Positions 35,435 through 46,352 of a stretch of DNA of 54,019 nt are shown here, piece by piece (the first letter of the stretch is position 1; each line of letters begins with the position of its first letter). Source of the stretch: a virus (lineage: Duplodnaviria; Caudoviricetes); the IMG/VR virus record IMGVR_UViG_3300046804_002652, positions 1 through 54,019 of that record; one strand, given 5' to 3'. The position numbers and the translations under genes were made by a program. Below the pieces are notes generated by a model that did no database searches, was not told where the DNA came from, and saw only the letters and a list, made by a program, of their open reading frames with translations.

Positions 35435-36712
35435 TTAGTTTGCTCTCTTGACATACAAATAATCGTCGTTCTCTATAAGAGTGGCTTCAGTAATGGCAGG
35501 AGCCGTAAACGCTACTAAAGTAATGGTAACGTAATTTTTATTGACGACGCTGCTTTCTGGTCGCGCAAAATCCTTGTATATCGGGGACGTAAAATATCTC
35601 GTGAAGTAACGATCGCTTCGCGTTAATCCGAGTTTAGATCCTGCATAATTTTGTGTGCGCGTTGTCGTTGATACTTTGGTATATGTTCCCGTGTAAGTAC
35701 TATTATAATATCCGGTAAACGCTCCAGTATAAAAACGAGCATACCCCCACTGATAATATCCAGTACCAACGACGTTTAATAGATCGAGAATTCGGTCACC
35801 ACGTCTCGCCCACGTTCCAGTCGAAGGTGCCGCTGACTGGAAGCGATATCTACCTTTTCCGCTACCGTTCACTATCTCATTTCTGAAAGGAATTAACAAC
35901 GTCAATATATCAGCATTTGTCATTTCAATAATGTGCTTACCATTTTCAGCTGTGTTTGCCCACTTCAGCGGACGATACTGAGTGGATGGGACAGAGGCCT
36001 CTTCTGTTTTCCTCCACAACGTGTATGTCGTCGATAAATCAGTGTTGGTAGCAGCAATTGTATAAGACTTTCCAGAAGTAGTGGGAGGTTGAACCGTATT
36101 ATCCACAAATCCTTGAGCAGATGTATTTGCTATATTTCCACCACGGTACGTATCCTTGAGAGTAAACACGGATGTCCATGTGCCTGGTAAGGCGGTACCT
36201 GTGCCAGGATCTACAGGAGTTCCCACACTCATGTGGTAAGATCCAAGACCCCTATTCGTCATTCTGTCGAGAGCAGGATCGATAATAGTATCAAGTATTT
36301 GCTGGTCGGTCATCTCATACAATCCACCACTATCATAATACAACGGTCGAACAACTGTACCGCTTACAGCATTAAGGACTTGATAGACGGAGGTAGAGGA
36401 TGAAGTTGTGCCAGATATTGTTTGAGTGTCTCCACGTGTACCAACTACCTTTGATCGATTAGTATCAACATAGTCGCCAGTGAGTGTAGTTGATTTGTCT
36501 CCTACAGTATCAAGTAACGTTAAGTCTCCTGTTTTGGGAGTAGTCGTATCTACTGTACAAAACTCTTTTAGCAACTTATAAATTATACCGTCCCCTATTT
36601 CTGCAGACGACATTTCTTGCAGAGCATACACCGATATGCCTGCTGGAAGACTTGGATTATCTGATCCCGGACCAGAAGTCTCAGATCCTTTTAAACGTAC
36701 AGGTTGAACCAT
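35435..36712 (-). CDS. Hypothetical virion structural protein
   Basis: 425 aa, GGAG SD, internal repeats (RPL...EMT..(Q/D)IL; PGTW/TGTW) and a Y/T/G-rich tail. Confidence 0.7.
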   Translation of the reverse strand: MVQPVRLKGSETSGPGSDNPSLPAGISVYALQEMSSAEIGDGIIYKLLKEFCTVDTTTPKTGDLTLLDTVGDKSTTLTGDYVDTNRSKVVGTRGDTQTISGTTSSSTSVYQVLNAVSGTVVRPLYYDSGGLYEMTDQQILDTIIDPALDRMTNRGLGSYHMSVGTPVDPGTGTALPGTWTSVFTLKDTYRGGNIANTSAQGFVDNTVQPPTTSGKSYTIAATNTDLSTTYTLWRKTEEASVPSTQYRPLKWANTAENGKHIIEMTNADILTLLIPFRNEIVNGSGKGRYRFQSAAPSTGTWARRGDRILDLLNVVGTGYYQWGYARFYTGAFTGYYNSTYTGTYTKVSTTTRTQNYAGSKLGLTRSDRYFTRYFTSPIYKDFARPESSVVNKNYVTITLVAFTAPAITEATLIENDDYLYVKRAN

Positions 36713-36727
36713 TCACCACTCCAATTA

Positions 36728-37348
36728 TTACGGAAATACTTTAGTACCTGCAACATTATACACTTTTAATACAGGAACGGAACCTGTCGCTGTATTCAAA
36801 TCGTCTAAATCATAATAATTACCTTCCGCGCCGGTCTTAATAGTGCCTTTGATCCAAACATTACCTTCAATCACAGTGTTTGGTGTCGTGCCACTACCGA
36901 TGGAGATTGAGTTTCCACTAACTGTCAAGTTACCGCCAATAGTAGCCTTCGTTTTGAGAGTAGTATCGCCCCATACGGTCAGGGTCTTTGGAGTACCATC
37001 AACTCCTACCGTGACGCTATCATTAAACTGAGAAGTACCGCCAACTTTAATACTAGACGAAAAGTTAGTTTTACCGGTAACCTCAAAGGCCCAGTCGGTT
37101 GTATCAGACGCCGTACTTGTTGCTGATGCATTGACGGCTACGCGTTTGTTGGTAGCATTGACAAACAACGTGCCTGAGCCAAAGTTTGTGTTACCTTTAA
37201 ACGTATGTGGGCCTGCTCCCTCAAAATCAATTACACCATCACTATTGACAGTTAGGTCATCATTGAGTGTTGTAAGACCACCAACATATGTGTTGCCAGT
37301 CACGTGAAGTCCGTTGCGGACTCTAAAATTAGTACTGTTTATTGCCAT
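36728..37348 (-). CDS. Fibre-like structural protein
   Basis: 206 aa, N-terminal FRVRNGLHVTG, beta-repeat composition. Confidence 0.7.
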   Translation of the reverse strand: MAINSTNFRVRNGLHVTGNTYVGGLTTLNDDLTVNSDGVIDFEGAGPHTFKGNTNFGSGTLFVNATNKRVAVNASATSTASDTTDWAFEVTGKTNFSSSIKVGGTSQFNDSVTVGVDGTPKTLTVWGDTTLKTKATIGGNLTVSGNSISIGSGTTPNTVIEGNVWIKGTIKTGAEGNYYDLDDLNTATGSVPVLKVYNVAGTKVFP

Positions 37349-37367
37349 TAGTTTCCCTTTCCACTAA

Positions 37368-38192
37368 TTAAACAATCATTTCTTTTATATATGATATGTC
37401 AATCTTATTGTTTGCAGCGTATGCAACTAAACGATATACGCCAGTACCAGTTGCTGCGCTGTATGTCATGAATGGTGCACCGTTTGTATCGCTACTCATT
37501 ACGCTGTGTTCAGTTAAATATACATCTGTTCCGTCCCACATTAATACCACAACGGAGGATTGAACCTTTGCTGTGTCGATACGTTTTGCATATATTGTGT
37601 ATCTTACCAGCTTATAGTTTGACGCAGTCGTAGTATCGTCAATTGCCGTCGGAGAGTTTGAGTTGGTCGATATATCAAAGTTTGTGCTGTTACTGACAAA
37701 CACAGCCATCGCCCCTCCTTTGAGGCTTAGCTTTGATCCACCAAGGGCTAAGTTACTTCCCATAGCCACGGAGGTAGAATTTACCTGCAAGTATGGATCA
37801 CCAGATGTGCCAGCAACTTTGAGAGTATCGTATATAAACGTATTAGAGGAATAAACTATTGCAGTCGCTGTTGTGTTGCCAATACTATAACCGTTAGCTT
37901 TAAATTCGACGTTGGCTTCTAAGTATACACCACCGTAAAGACTGGACTTATTTGTAACTTCTAAAGTATCCGAAAACTTACCCTGCTCAAAATAAGCATT
38001 CCTCCAGCGCATTGCTGCTGTACCCATATCATACGACACGTTGGATGTAGGATGGATGTTTCCTCCAACGTTTGCGCCCGATACAACATTTGCTTCTAGT
38101 TTTAGAGTGCCGCCAATGACAGTATTACCAGTAATATTTGCCTGTCCGCGTACTAGCAGACCATCTTCTACTTTAAATCTTGTTTGTGTCAT
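37368..38192 (-). CDS. Fibre-like structural protein
   Basis: 274 aa, N-terminal FKVEDGLLVRG, GNIHP..YDMG...RW repeat, C-terminal QSS..LMWDG domain. Confidence 0.72.
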   Translation of the reverse strand: MTQTRFKVEDGLLVRGQANITGNTVIGGTLKLEANVVSGANVGGNIHPTSNVSYDMGTAAMRWRNAYFEQGKFSDTLEVTNKSSLYGGVYLEANVEFKANGYSIGNTTATAIVYSSNTFIYDTLKVAGTSGDPYLQVNSTSVAMGSNLALGGSKLSLKGGAMAVFVSNSTNFDISTNSNSPTAIDDTTTASNYKLVRYTIYAKRIDTAKVQSSVVVLMWDGTDVYLTEHSVMSSDTNGAPFMTYSAATGTGVYRLVAYAANNKIDISYIKEMIV

Positions 38193-38195
38193 TTA

Positions 38196-39377
38196 TTACA
38201 CCTTTATAAACTGAACAGTACCGACAACAGCGGAGTTGGGAGCTCCCGTCGGTTGTGCCACAAGGACACGTACATTAGAGCCACTAATATCAGCTGTATA
38301 GACATACGCATTTGCTGTTGTGTTTGTGCTTAGTGTGGCATATGTCGTAACGAATGGTGTACTGCCATCATGAACCAGCAACATTTCTGACGTCGACCAC
38401 GTATTGATTGTTGTGTTTCTCATTTGCACAATCAATTTAAGAGATCGTGCTACTGTTTTTTCAATTGTGAATACAGGAACAGGATCAAATACACCCGCGG
38501 TGTTTGCATTTCCTATATTATCATTACTGAATGAACGCATCTCCGTAAAGGTTCCAACGGAAATTGTATTCGTTGAAATGGCATTAACGGATGCAAGATC
38601 GCCTTCATAGTCAATACCAGTAGCCTTGATATTAACGACGTAAAGATTTGCCCACTGCTTTGTTTCACTTCCCAAATCCCTACGGTTATCCTGGTCGGGT
38701 ATAATGCTTGTATTAACCGACGCTTTAATAGCGACCGTATTAGCAACGGTGTTACCGATAACGACATCGCCTCTCAACGTACTTGTACCAACAACAGTCA
38801 ATCCCCCATCAAAGTTGACGGTGCCGTTGAAGAATACGTTTGAATCAAATACGGTATTTGTTCCTCCAACAGTAACGTTGGATGATATCGAAGTGTTTGT
38901 TCCTTGTACAATAACATTTGCACTAGACACCTGAAATTTAGACGTAGTGTCTGCAATTGTAATGTTATTGCTAGTAATACTAATTGTATTGCCAGAGAAC
39001 GATACGTTTGAGCTGATGTTTGCAGACCCACCTGTGATATACATCACAGAAGTGTTTACGTATGTGTTGCTATTAACAGCATTGATATTAGTATTGTTAA
39101 AATAAAATACACTAGCATCTCTAATAATTGTATTTGTGCTAATGTTAAGATTGCTGGAGGTAGTCATTGTACCACCTCTCAATGTATTAGCAATCGTTAC
39201 GGTATTAGACGTAAAGATACCTTGCAGTACCGCATTGCCGGTGGTAACTGACCCAGCAGTAGTTAACTCAGCAGTAAGTGCTTGTGTTGATATTACATAC
39301 AACCCTTGATTTGTTTTATCGAGCCAATTCTGAAACGAATTGATCGCAGGATTGACGTTTGCTATTTGTACAGACAT
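38196..39377 (-). CDS. Fibre-like structural protein
   Basis: 393 aa, N-terminal NSFQNWLDKTN, N/T/S-rich shaft, IIP..DLGS..W repeat, C-terminal TSEMLLVHDG domain. Confidence 0.72.
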   Translation of the reverse strand: MSVQIANVNPAINSFQNWLDKTNQGLYVISTQALTAELTTAGSVTTGNAVLQGIFTSNTVTIANTLRGGTMTTSSNLNISTNTIIRDASVFYFNNTNINAVNSNTYVNTSVMYITGGSANISSNVSFSGNTISITSNNITIADTTSKFQVSSANVIVQGTNTSISSNVTVGGTNTVFDSNVFFNGTVNFDGGLTVVGTSTLRGDVVIGNTVANTVAIKASVNTSIIPDQDNRRDLGSETKQWANLYVVNIKATGIDYEGDLASVNAISTNTISVGTFTEMRSFSNDNIGNANTAGVFDPVPVFTIEKTVARSLKLIVQMRNTTINTWSTSEMLLVHDGSTPFVTTYATLSTNTTANAYVYTADISGSNVRVLVAQPTGAPNSAVVGTVQFIKV

Positions 39378-39378
39378 T

Positions 39379-39591
39379 TTACAAACCTATCTTTTTAATT
39401 GCTTGTTTCATCATATTTAGTTCCGCTTCTAAACGGTTCATTTTGTCGTTTAGTGTGTTTAATTCCAACTGCTTAGCGCGCTGAATCTTATACCCTTTCA
39501 GCGCTTCCGCATTATTATTGACTAGACCGAGAGAATCCATGTCTCGATATAGTCCTTCTACATTAGTGCGAATCTGTTGTTGTTGCATCAT
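39379..39591 (-). CDS. Small coiled-coil protein
   Basis: 70 aa, GLYRD..S.GLVN then a heptad pattern; ATGA overlap with the upstream giant gene. Confidence 0.7.
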   Translation of the reverse strand: MMQQQQIRTNVEGLYRDMDSLGLVNNNAEALKGYKIQRAKQLELNTLNDKMNRLEAELNMMKQAIKKIGL

Positions 39592-42500
39592 ACTGAAATT
39601 GCGATTGCTCTGATGTCTTGTACAGTTGGTACTACAGCGCTTGTAGCCGCACGCAGCACGATCTTAATAGCCATATATTTGTAACCATCAAAATATGCAC
39701 CTGCATCATTATAGTAGCGAACGATACCATCATTGTGCTTGTACTTAAACGCAGTATAAGGCTCTAGTACTTTTTGCAACACTATTCCGTCAGCAGTGAA
39801 AGATGGAGCTTGGTTAAGAACAATGGTGTTGTAGTCTGTTATAGAAGCGATCCTACGAACATCATACAACTCGTTATCAGTCGTTCTGATCAACTTGATT
39901 GTGTCTCCTACTGACAACTGAGAATCGAACTCTGTACCAAACCCTTCTAGTGTAGTGTTAGAAGCGTTTACACTTACATCAGTTCTTCCAGTACCCGTAA
40001 TATTTACAGCAGGAGGAGAGCTATCGAAGGTGTACTCGAATTCTCTATAATCATTTGGGTTTAACGAATCGCTGTATAAACCGTTGTTTGTAACTTGGAC
40101 CAATTTAGACCAGTCCTTATCGTTAAACACATCACCATCCACACCGTTTAATATCTTAGCATATACTTCCACGTCTGTAGAATCAGGCTTGTATGCGGTT
40201 ATCAATACGCGAAGATCTTCTGCATCCATTCCATCGGAAAGCGCAAGACGTTTGGAGATGTATCTGTTTTTCGAAATACCATAACGCTTGTTGTCATTCG
40301 ATGTAAATCTTACAGTACCGCTATCGACGGTTCGTGCTGCAGCAATCGATAGTGTCACGTTGGCACCATTGATACCAGTAACAATCGTACCTTCTGCTAT
40401 ACCAAGGCCTTGCACGCCCATACCAAGCGTCACATTAGTTGTCGTTGTTTGCAACAACGTATTGCTAAACGTGTTAGCAGTTTGTGTAAACGCTGTGTAA
40501 TTATCGATAATGTTTTCAATAATTACAATTGAGCCAGGGTTCACGTCAACTAGAGGAGACAGCGCCTCTTCTGCAGTATTAATGTTTTGCAAGAAGATCA
40601 ACGAGTCATCAATTGCGGTGCCTGTAATCTCATTCGATCTACTACGCAGCTTTGCAGTGAATGGAATTCTGTTGGCAGTGCCTTGCTGGCCAGAAATACT
40701 AACAATCTGGTTGTTAGATGATCTCATTACCTGCAAATCAAATGTCGTAGTAGTGGCTGGAGGTATAAATGTCTGTACGTGGGGCTCAATGTAGCTCACA
40801 TTAACATCTTCCACGGACGTTATCGTTGCTTGTGCTTGAGATATAGAGCCAACAACACCACGACCAGTAGCGAAGCGGAAGTTACTATTTGCAGCCGTCG
40901 ATTGTTTGACGGTCAACATTCCAGTACTTGTGTTATGGTTGCTCACAATACCGCTCACTACTTTTTGATAGTTTGCAATAATTGAATCCGTTGGTCCTGA
41001 ATTTAAAGGAGGATATGTGTCGAGTGTAATTTGAGTACTTGAACCAATATTTAACACCTTAGCAACACAGAATGCTGGATCGATACCATAGTGGCTTGCT
41101 CCACTGAGAACTTCACCTAGCGCTCCGCTGACAGCCATAGATGTATCTGACGACACAGTCTCTACTTGACGGATATAGTTACCTATCTGCACATAGTCCC
41201 CAACAGCATAATCCGTCAAGAACTGCGTACCAGTACCGGTAATCGTGCCAGAAGAAGTGCCTCCTGAAACATACCCTTGACGAGCTACGGTTTTGTTTGT
41301 GCCGTAAGTAATCAATATTCTATCGTTCAACGACACATATGTTGTGAAGGCTGAATTCAACCCGTTCAGCACTCTGCTAGATGTGTTAGCGTATACAATG
41401 CCAGTACCATAAGAAAGAGCTTTCTGAGCAACTACTTCACCTGGCGTAAAGCTGCCTACTAATCCTTGGATTTTCAAGAACTCATATGCGTTTGGCGTCA
41501 AGGTAGCGGTTGCACTAGTGCTTGTAAATTTAGCACGATTCAATGTAAACTTAACGTCTTCAAATTGATATGCTGACCAAGTAGATCCGTTGGTAGATAA
41601 GAACATGGCACCAAGACCCCAGTCACTTTTCTTAACTAGCGTAGGATCAGTAACATCGATGCCCCCTGCTTCACCAGTCCATAGTAAGTATTCTGGTGAA
41701 CCAGCTTCTGGATACACCACAAATGCATACTCTGTATCTGCTTTGAGGTATACAGGAGAGTCAAATGTAAATGTTGTTTTTACGCTCGCATCATCTGACA
41801 CGTTAACCATAGAGGCAGGCAAACGAGCAACTGCGTTTGGAAGTACAGTTGTAGTTGGGATGCCATAATTGACTGTACGTATTTCAACAACTACACCTTG
41901 AGCGGCATCTTTTCTGCTAAAATACAAATCGATGCTTGTCGCAACAACCCCATCGACTCCTTTGTCTGGACCTTGCACTTTAAACGATTGAGCGATTGGG
42001 TCAGATGGAGGAATTGCAACAAACGAAGTACGAGTGACGGTACCTCGTGTTGTAGAAGTATATGGTGTGATCTCTTCAGTCATTTTAACAGAAGAGAATG
42101 TTTTTGTATTCAAGCTGAGAGCTTGTTTTTCGACAGAGAAATTATATGCACTGAATGCACCAATTGCTTTGGACACAGCTGCTGTTTGAGACTCGATATT
42201 ATCGACGTCTAATACAATTATTTCACGCTCTCCAACTTGGAATGTTGCTGCTGGCAAATACAATACACAAGAAACAACACCTTGCTCAGTAGCATACAAA
42301 GCATCTCCGACCGCACCTTTTACGAAGAAACCATCTTCGCTGAAAGTCGTTGTGGAAGATACAGTAGCTGGCTGACAGAAGCTAGAAACATCCCTCTTGT
42401 CAAACCACACATAGTGGCGAGCTCCTGGACGCAATCCTACAGCCACGACCTTAATTGCTTGAGATCTGATGTATGGCTGTAGTGAGAAGTTGGTGACATA

Positions 42501-45500
42501 ATCACCAATCTTTTCGGTAGTAGTACCTTGAGTAGCAGAGATCGATTGTTTGGTTAACGTGCCGGTAGAAGTGATTGTTTGGTCAAACACGTTCGTGGTC
42601 GTTATTCCCCCGTTGCCACGGCTTGAGCTGGTACGCAGAAGGTTTTCTGCTGTAGATGTATTGGTGATAGTTACCTTACCGCCCAACGAATCGAATGCGT
42701 CGTTGATAGAGCTGACAAGTGGATCCAATGCTCCAGCAAGATCAACATCGATTGTCTGCGGAGATACTTTGGTATCAGGCTGGTTATCATATTGTGGGAA
42801 AGTAAACAGCTTGCCTTTGTAGTTGTAAGCATTCTCCACACAGTTACGGACCTTTGTTGCAAATGGTTGTGCTACAAAAGGAATCTCTGTATAAGCCAAT
42901 GAGACTAGATCGCCCGTTAACGTGGTGTTAGCAGTATTTTTAGATGCGGCGTATTCTAACTCCACATCATACTGATTGATAACAGGCCTTGCTTCGCTGT
43001 TATACACATCAATAAACATACGATACTCTGGATCGTTTACGTTGGCGATATTATAATCGTCAAATGGATCAACAAAGAAGCCGTGTTTAAAACGATCGAT
43101 AGTAGCGTCGAGTTCGCTAGGAATTACAATATTCTTAGTTTGTTGCTCAAGGGTATTCAATAATGAGTAATATTCGAGACGGGCAATTCTGCCTTCAATG
43201 TCTTGAATATCTTTCATTGTGTACCGACGTTGTTGTTGCAACGACACGCTAGTAATCAAATCTGGACGTTTATAGTTACGTGCCTCAGATTGAGCTAGCG
43301 TTGGGTATGGAGGAACACTAACAATAGCTAGCGTCATCGAACCTAACGGCTCGACTGGAGCTGATGGACGGTTAGACGGGGTACCCTCAGCAATTCGAAT
43401 TTGTCCTGTAGAATCTAACGTGACTCTATCCATGCGAGGCATATAGGATAATATGTCTGCTTGGAACGTTTGGTTCGGCGAAGGGAAATATTTCGTGCCC
43501 GATGATAATGTCGTTGAGTATGTTGGGTTGATCGTTGCGCCAGCAATTGTCGTTGAGATAGCTGCAGTGTTTGCAGCCGCTGGACGGAAATCAATACAAT
43601 CACGCAAGTCAAACAACTTACCAGCTGCAGAAGAATTAAACAACTCAATCTCTTGAGTTCTAATTTTGTTTCCTGGCAACGTTACAGTAGCATCATCAAC
43701 TGGATAGGATTCTGCAGAAATATAATATCCTGTAGAGGATCTAGTATATACATCCAACTTAATTAATAAGTTATCAGTGCTGGAAAGAATAGTTCCTATA
43801 CCTGACTTCTTATTCAAGAAGGCAAGTCCGTACAGATTATCGGTTTGACCGTTGTCTAATTCAAACGACGATGTAATATCGGTTGTTTCGTTGTATGTGG
43901 TGCTAGTGCCTTTGTATACGCCAACAATTTTGTGAACATCAGGCAATCCAAGACACCAAGGACCGTTTGGATTAGTTGCAAGTTGAGCGCCTGATATTTT
44001 AACATAGGCATTCTTTGTTATGCCTTTTGTAACGTGTGCGCCAACTTGAATGTTGCCCCCAGCGACTTTAGAATTGTAATGGATGACAGCATCCATCTCA
44101 GTATTCAATGTACCGACAGTAGTACCTAAGTTAATAGTTGCAATCGTTCCAGTACTATCAATCGTGATTCCGGCACCAACTCGCTTAAATGTGTTGACTG
44201 GAACATACGCAGGGAATCCAATTCTGTGTGCTTGGCTTGTTCCGGCACCAATGCTAGAGGATACTTCTAGACGTGTGTCACTTATCACTCGAGTAATTAC
44301 TCGATAATTACCGCCAATATAAATCGATTCACCAGCATTATAGTCTGTCAAAAACGTTGTAGTAGACCCAGTGTTAGCTTGAATGGTAGTGTTGCCAAAC
44401 GTTTGCACGGTGCCTGCTTTTGTGCCGCCATATGTCGAATTTGTAGGAATGATAACAAAATCGCGCTCTTGTGTGTTGTTGAGTGTAGAGCTTGGCGTGT
44501 AAGGAAACTCTTCATCACCGGCCAATTCAATTGTTGCAACGCCCGATGTAGAGAAGCGGTCTTGACTAGAGACTGTAGCTCTGTAAATAAAATTCTCATT
44601 GTTCAATTGCTTGATTGCTTGCGTACCAAGATTAAACACGAGAGAGCTGTAACCTGGCTCGAGTAATTCAGCTTTACTGAATGCGTTCAATACCACGTCA
44701 GCGCATGCAACCCCCGCGACAGATATTGCACGGACGTCACCGAATGTCTTGCCAGCCGACATCTGAATATCAAACAAATACAGTCTATACTGGCATGTAG
44801 GAGTACCAACGTCTCCACTTTCATACACGACTGCTCGTACTTTTGCAGTACCGATTTGCGATCCAGCGCTTGATCCGTTCGGTGTGCCATTAACGTTTGT
44901 AGTTAAGTTTTGGCCAGCTGCACTTCTTAGAGACACACTGACCCCAGCACTCGCTTCAAATGAACCAGCCATCTCTTGAACCAAAACATAGTTACCGTAA
45001 TTGGTAGAGATGCTCTGACCGTAATCGGTTGTTACGTCCGTTGCCTTGCGCAATGGTACGCGAATGTTATCTAAGTTTTCAACACGGAAACCATCAACGT
45101 ATCCAGTACCAGCTCCCACAGCAACATTAATGTGTGTTGTGTTACCTGATATTGGTTCTGTTATTACTGGGAACCGGCTGACAACATAATTGCCACTTTG
45201 CTCATATGTGCGCTTAGCCATTTGATTACCAATAACATTATATTGCGTATCTTCCGACTGACGTACTTTATGACCGTTCTCAAATTCTACAATACCGAAG
45301 AAACTATTATTGGAGGAAGCTTCTTGCTTGGTCTTTACAACCAATGTAGGTGTCAATTTGAGACGATGAGCTCCTGGCGCTTTGTAATTCAAAGATCCTG
45401 TAGAGTTATCTAACAACGAATCGTCGCTTGTCGCGTTGACAATTGCTTCAGTCGTGGAGAATCCAATTACGGCGTTGTTTGGTGCAGTGCTATACTTTGC

Positions 45501-46343
45501 AGCAATTGCAGTGCCACCTTCAAACCGGACAAAATGTCCCTTTTGAAAAATGATACCATCGCTTACGCGAACAGCATATCCGGCACCTACTGGGGCTGTG
45601 TAAAAATTACCCGCAACAGTCAACTGAGCAATTTGAATTGTAGCTGTTAGCTGAGCTCCTTGACCTGCAGATGTGCCAACAGGAGTAACTGTCGGTACAT
45701 CGACGTACCCTGATCCTTTTTCGTTCAACAGTACTTCTTTAATTGTACCATTCGCATATGTTACAATTGTTCCAACTGCACCGGAGCCGCCTGTACCAGC
45801 AGCTGTAAATGTGACCGTATCTGTATTAGAATATCCTGAACCGCCTTGCAATACAGTGATTGACTCGACGCGCCGGTCTCTATGATAGATTGTCAAAACA
45901 TCATCGGACGCAAATGTTTTTTCGCCTGAAGTGCCTGTATTTAAATACTTAACGTATAGTGTATTTAAATCTGGATTCTGGGTTTGCAAACCAGTCACAG
46001 CATTGACGGAATACGCGCGCAAATTTGCTGTACCAACGACAAGCGTATTTGCATACAGACTCATGTTGCACGGCTGACCATCAACTTGATTGTCAAGAAT
46101 TTTTACGTATTGATAGTTCGAGTCGAATGACTGAGTACATCCTTTAATGACGGTACCAGTCTTATAGATGTTTTCACCAAAACGCTCAATTTGGTTTTGC
46201 AAAATAGTTTGCAATTGCGTCAGCTCACGGGCTTGTACTGCGACTCCAGGTCTGAACAACACGCGGTGAAAGTTTTTATCTTCCGCGAAATCGTCAAAGT
46301 ATGGGGATTCGTTTAATGTGCCGTCTTGTAGCTCTAATGCCAT
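39588..46343 (-). CDS. Large VrlC-like / DUF4815-like virion structural protein (2251 aa)
   Basis: N-terminal SPYFDDF...KNFHRVLFRPG.AVQARELTQLQTILQNQIERFG, APGAHRLK, RTYEQSGNY, RYTMKDI..IE.RI..LEYY, RFKHGFFVDPF, DPIAQSF; located downstream of gp8. Confidence 0.85.
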   Translation of the reverse strand: MALELQDGTLNESPYFDDFAEDKNFHRVLFRPGVAVQARELTQLQTILQNQIERFGENIYKTGTVIKGCTQSFDSNYQYVKILDNQVDGQPCNMSLYANTLVVGTANLRAYSVNAVTGLQTQNPDLNTLYVKYLNTGTSGEKTFASDDVLTIYHRDRRVESITVLQGGSGYSNTDTVTFTAAGTGGSGAVGTIVTYANGTIKEVLLNEKGSGYVDVPTVTPVGTSAGQGAQLTATIQIAQLTVAGNFYTAPVGAGYAVRVSDGIIFQKGHFVRFEGGTAIAAKYSTAPNNAVIGFSTTEAIVNATSDDSLLDNSTGSLNYKAPGAHRLKLTPTLVVKTKQEASSNNSFFGIVEFENGHKVRQSEDTQYNVIGNQMAKRTYEQSGNYVVSRFPVITEPISGNTTHINVAVGAGTGYVDGFRVENLDNIRVPLRKATDVTTDYGQSISTNYGNYVLVQEMAGSFEASAGVSVSLRSAAGQNLTTNVNGTPNGSSAGSQIGTAKVRAVVYESGDVGTPTCQYRLYLFDIQMSAGKTFGDVRAISVAGVACADVVLNAFSKAELLEPGYSSLVFNLGTQAIKQLNNENFIYRATVSSQDRFSTSGVATIELAGDEEFPYTPSSTLNNTQERDFVIIPTNSTYGGTKAGTVQTFGNTTIQANTGSTTTFLTDYNAGESIYIGGNYRVITRVISDTRLEVSSSIGAGTSQAHRIGFPAYVPVNTFKRVGAGITIDSTGTIATINLGTTVGTLNTEMDAVIHYNSKVAGGNIQVGAHVTKGITKNAYVKISGAQLATNPNGPWCLGLPDVHKIVGVYKGTSTTYNETTDITSSFELDNGQTDNLYGLAFLNKKSGIGTILSSTDNLLIKLDVYTRSSTGYYISAESYPVDDATVTLPGNKIRTQEIELFNSSAAGKLFDLRDCIDFRPAAANTAAISTTIAGATINPTYSTTLSSGTKYFPSPNQTFQADILSYMPRMDRVTLDSTGQIRIAEGTPSNRPSAPVEPLGSMTLAIVSVPPYPTLAQSEARNYKRPDLITSVSLQQQRRYTMKDIQDIEGRIARLEYYSLLNTLEQQTKNIVIPSELDATIDRFKHGFFVDPFDDYNIANVNDPEYRMFIDVYNSEARPVINQYDVELEYAASKNTANTTLTGDLVSLAYTEIPFVAQPFATKVRNCVENAYNYKGKLFTFPQYDNQPDTKVSPQTIDVDLAGALDPLVSSINDAFDSLGGKVTITNTSTAENLLRTSSSRGNGGITTTNVFDQTITSTGTLTKQSISATQGTTTEKIGDYVTNFSLQPYIRSQAIKVVAVGLRPGARHYVWFDKRDVSSFCQPATVSSTTTFSEDGFFVKGAVGDALYATEQGVVSCVLYLPAATFQVGEREIIVLDVDNIESQTAAVSKAIGAFSAYNFSVEKQALSLNTKTFSSVKMTEEITPYTSTTRGTVTRTSFVAIPPSDPIAQSFKVQGPDKGVDGVVATSIDLYFSRKDAAQGVVVEIRTVNYGIPTTTVLPNAVARLPASMVNVSDDASVKTTFTFDSPVYLKADTEYAFVVYPEAGSPEYLLWTGEAGGIDVTDPTLVKKSDWGLGAMFLSTNGSTWSAYQFEDVKFTLNRAKFTSTSATATLTPNAYEFLKIQGLVGSFTPGEVVAQKALSYGTGIVYANTSSRVLNGLNSAFTTYVSLNDRILITYGTNKTVARQGYVSGGTSSGTITGTGTQFLTDYAVGDYVQIGNYIRQVETVSSDTSMAVSGALGEVLSGASHYGIDPAFCVAKVLNIGSSTQITLDTYPPLNSGPTDSIIANYQKVVSGIVSNHNTSTGMLTVKQSTAANSNFRFATGRGVVGSISQAQATITSVEDVNVSYIEPHVQTFIPPATTTTFDLQVMRSSNNQIVSISGQQGTANRIPFTAKLRSRSNEITGTAIDDSLIFLQNINTAEEALSPLVDVNPGSIVIIENIIDNYTAFTQTANTFSNTLLQTTTTNVTLGMGVQGLGIAEGTIVTGINGANVTLSIAAARTVDSGTVRFTSNDNKRYGISKNRYISKRLALSDGMDAEDLRVLITAYKPDSTDVEVYAKILNGVDGDVFNDKDWSKLVQVTNNGLYSDSLNPNDYREFEYTFDSSPPAVNITGTGRTDVSVNASNTTLEGFGTEFDSQLSVGDTIKLIRTTDNELYDVRRIASITDYNTIVLNQAPSFTADGIVLQKVLEPYTAFKYKHNDGIVRYYNDAGAYFDGYKYMAIKIVLRAATSAVVPTVQDIRAIAISV

Positions 46344-46352
46344 AGTTTCCTC

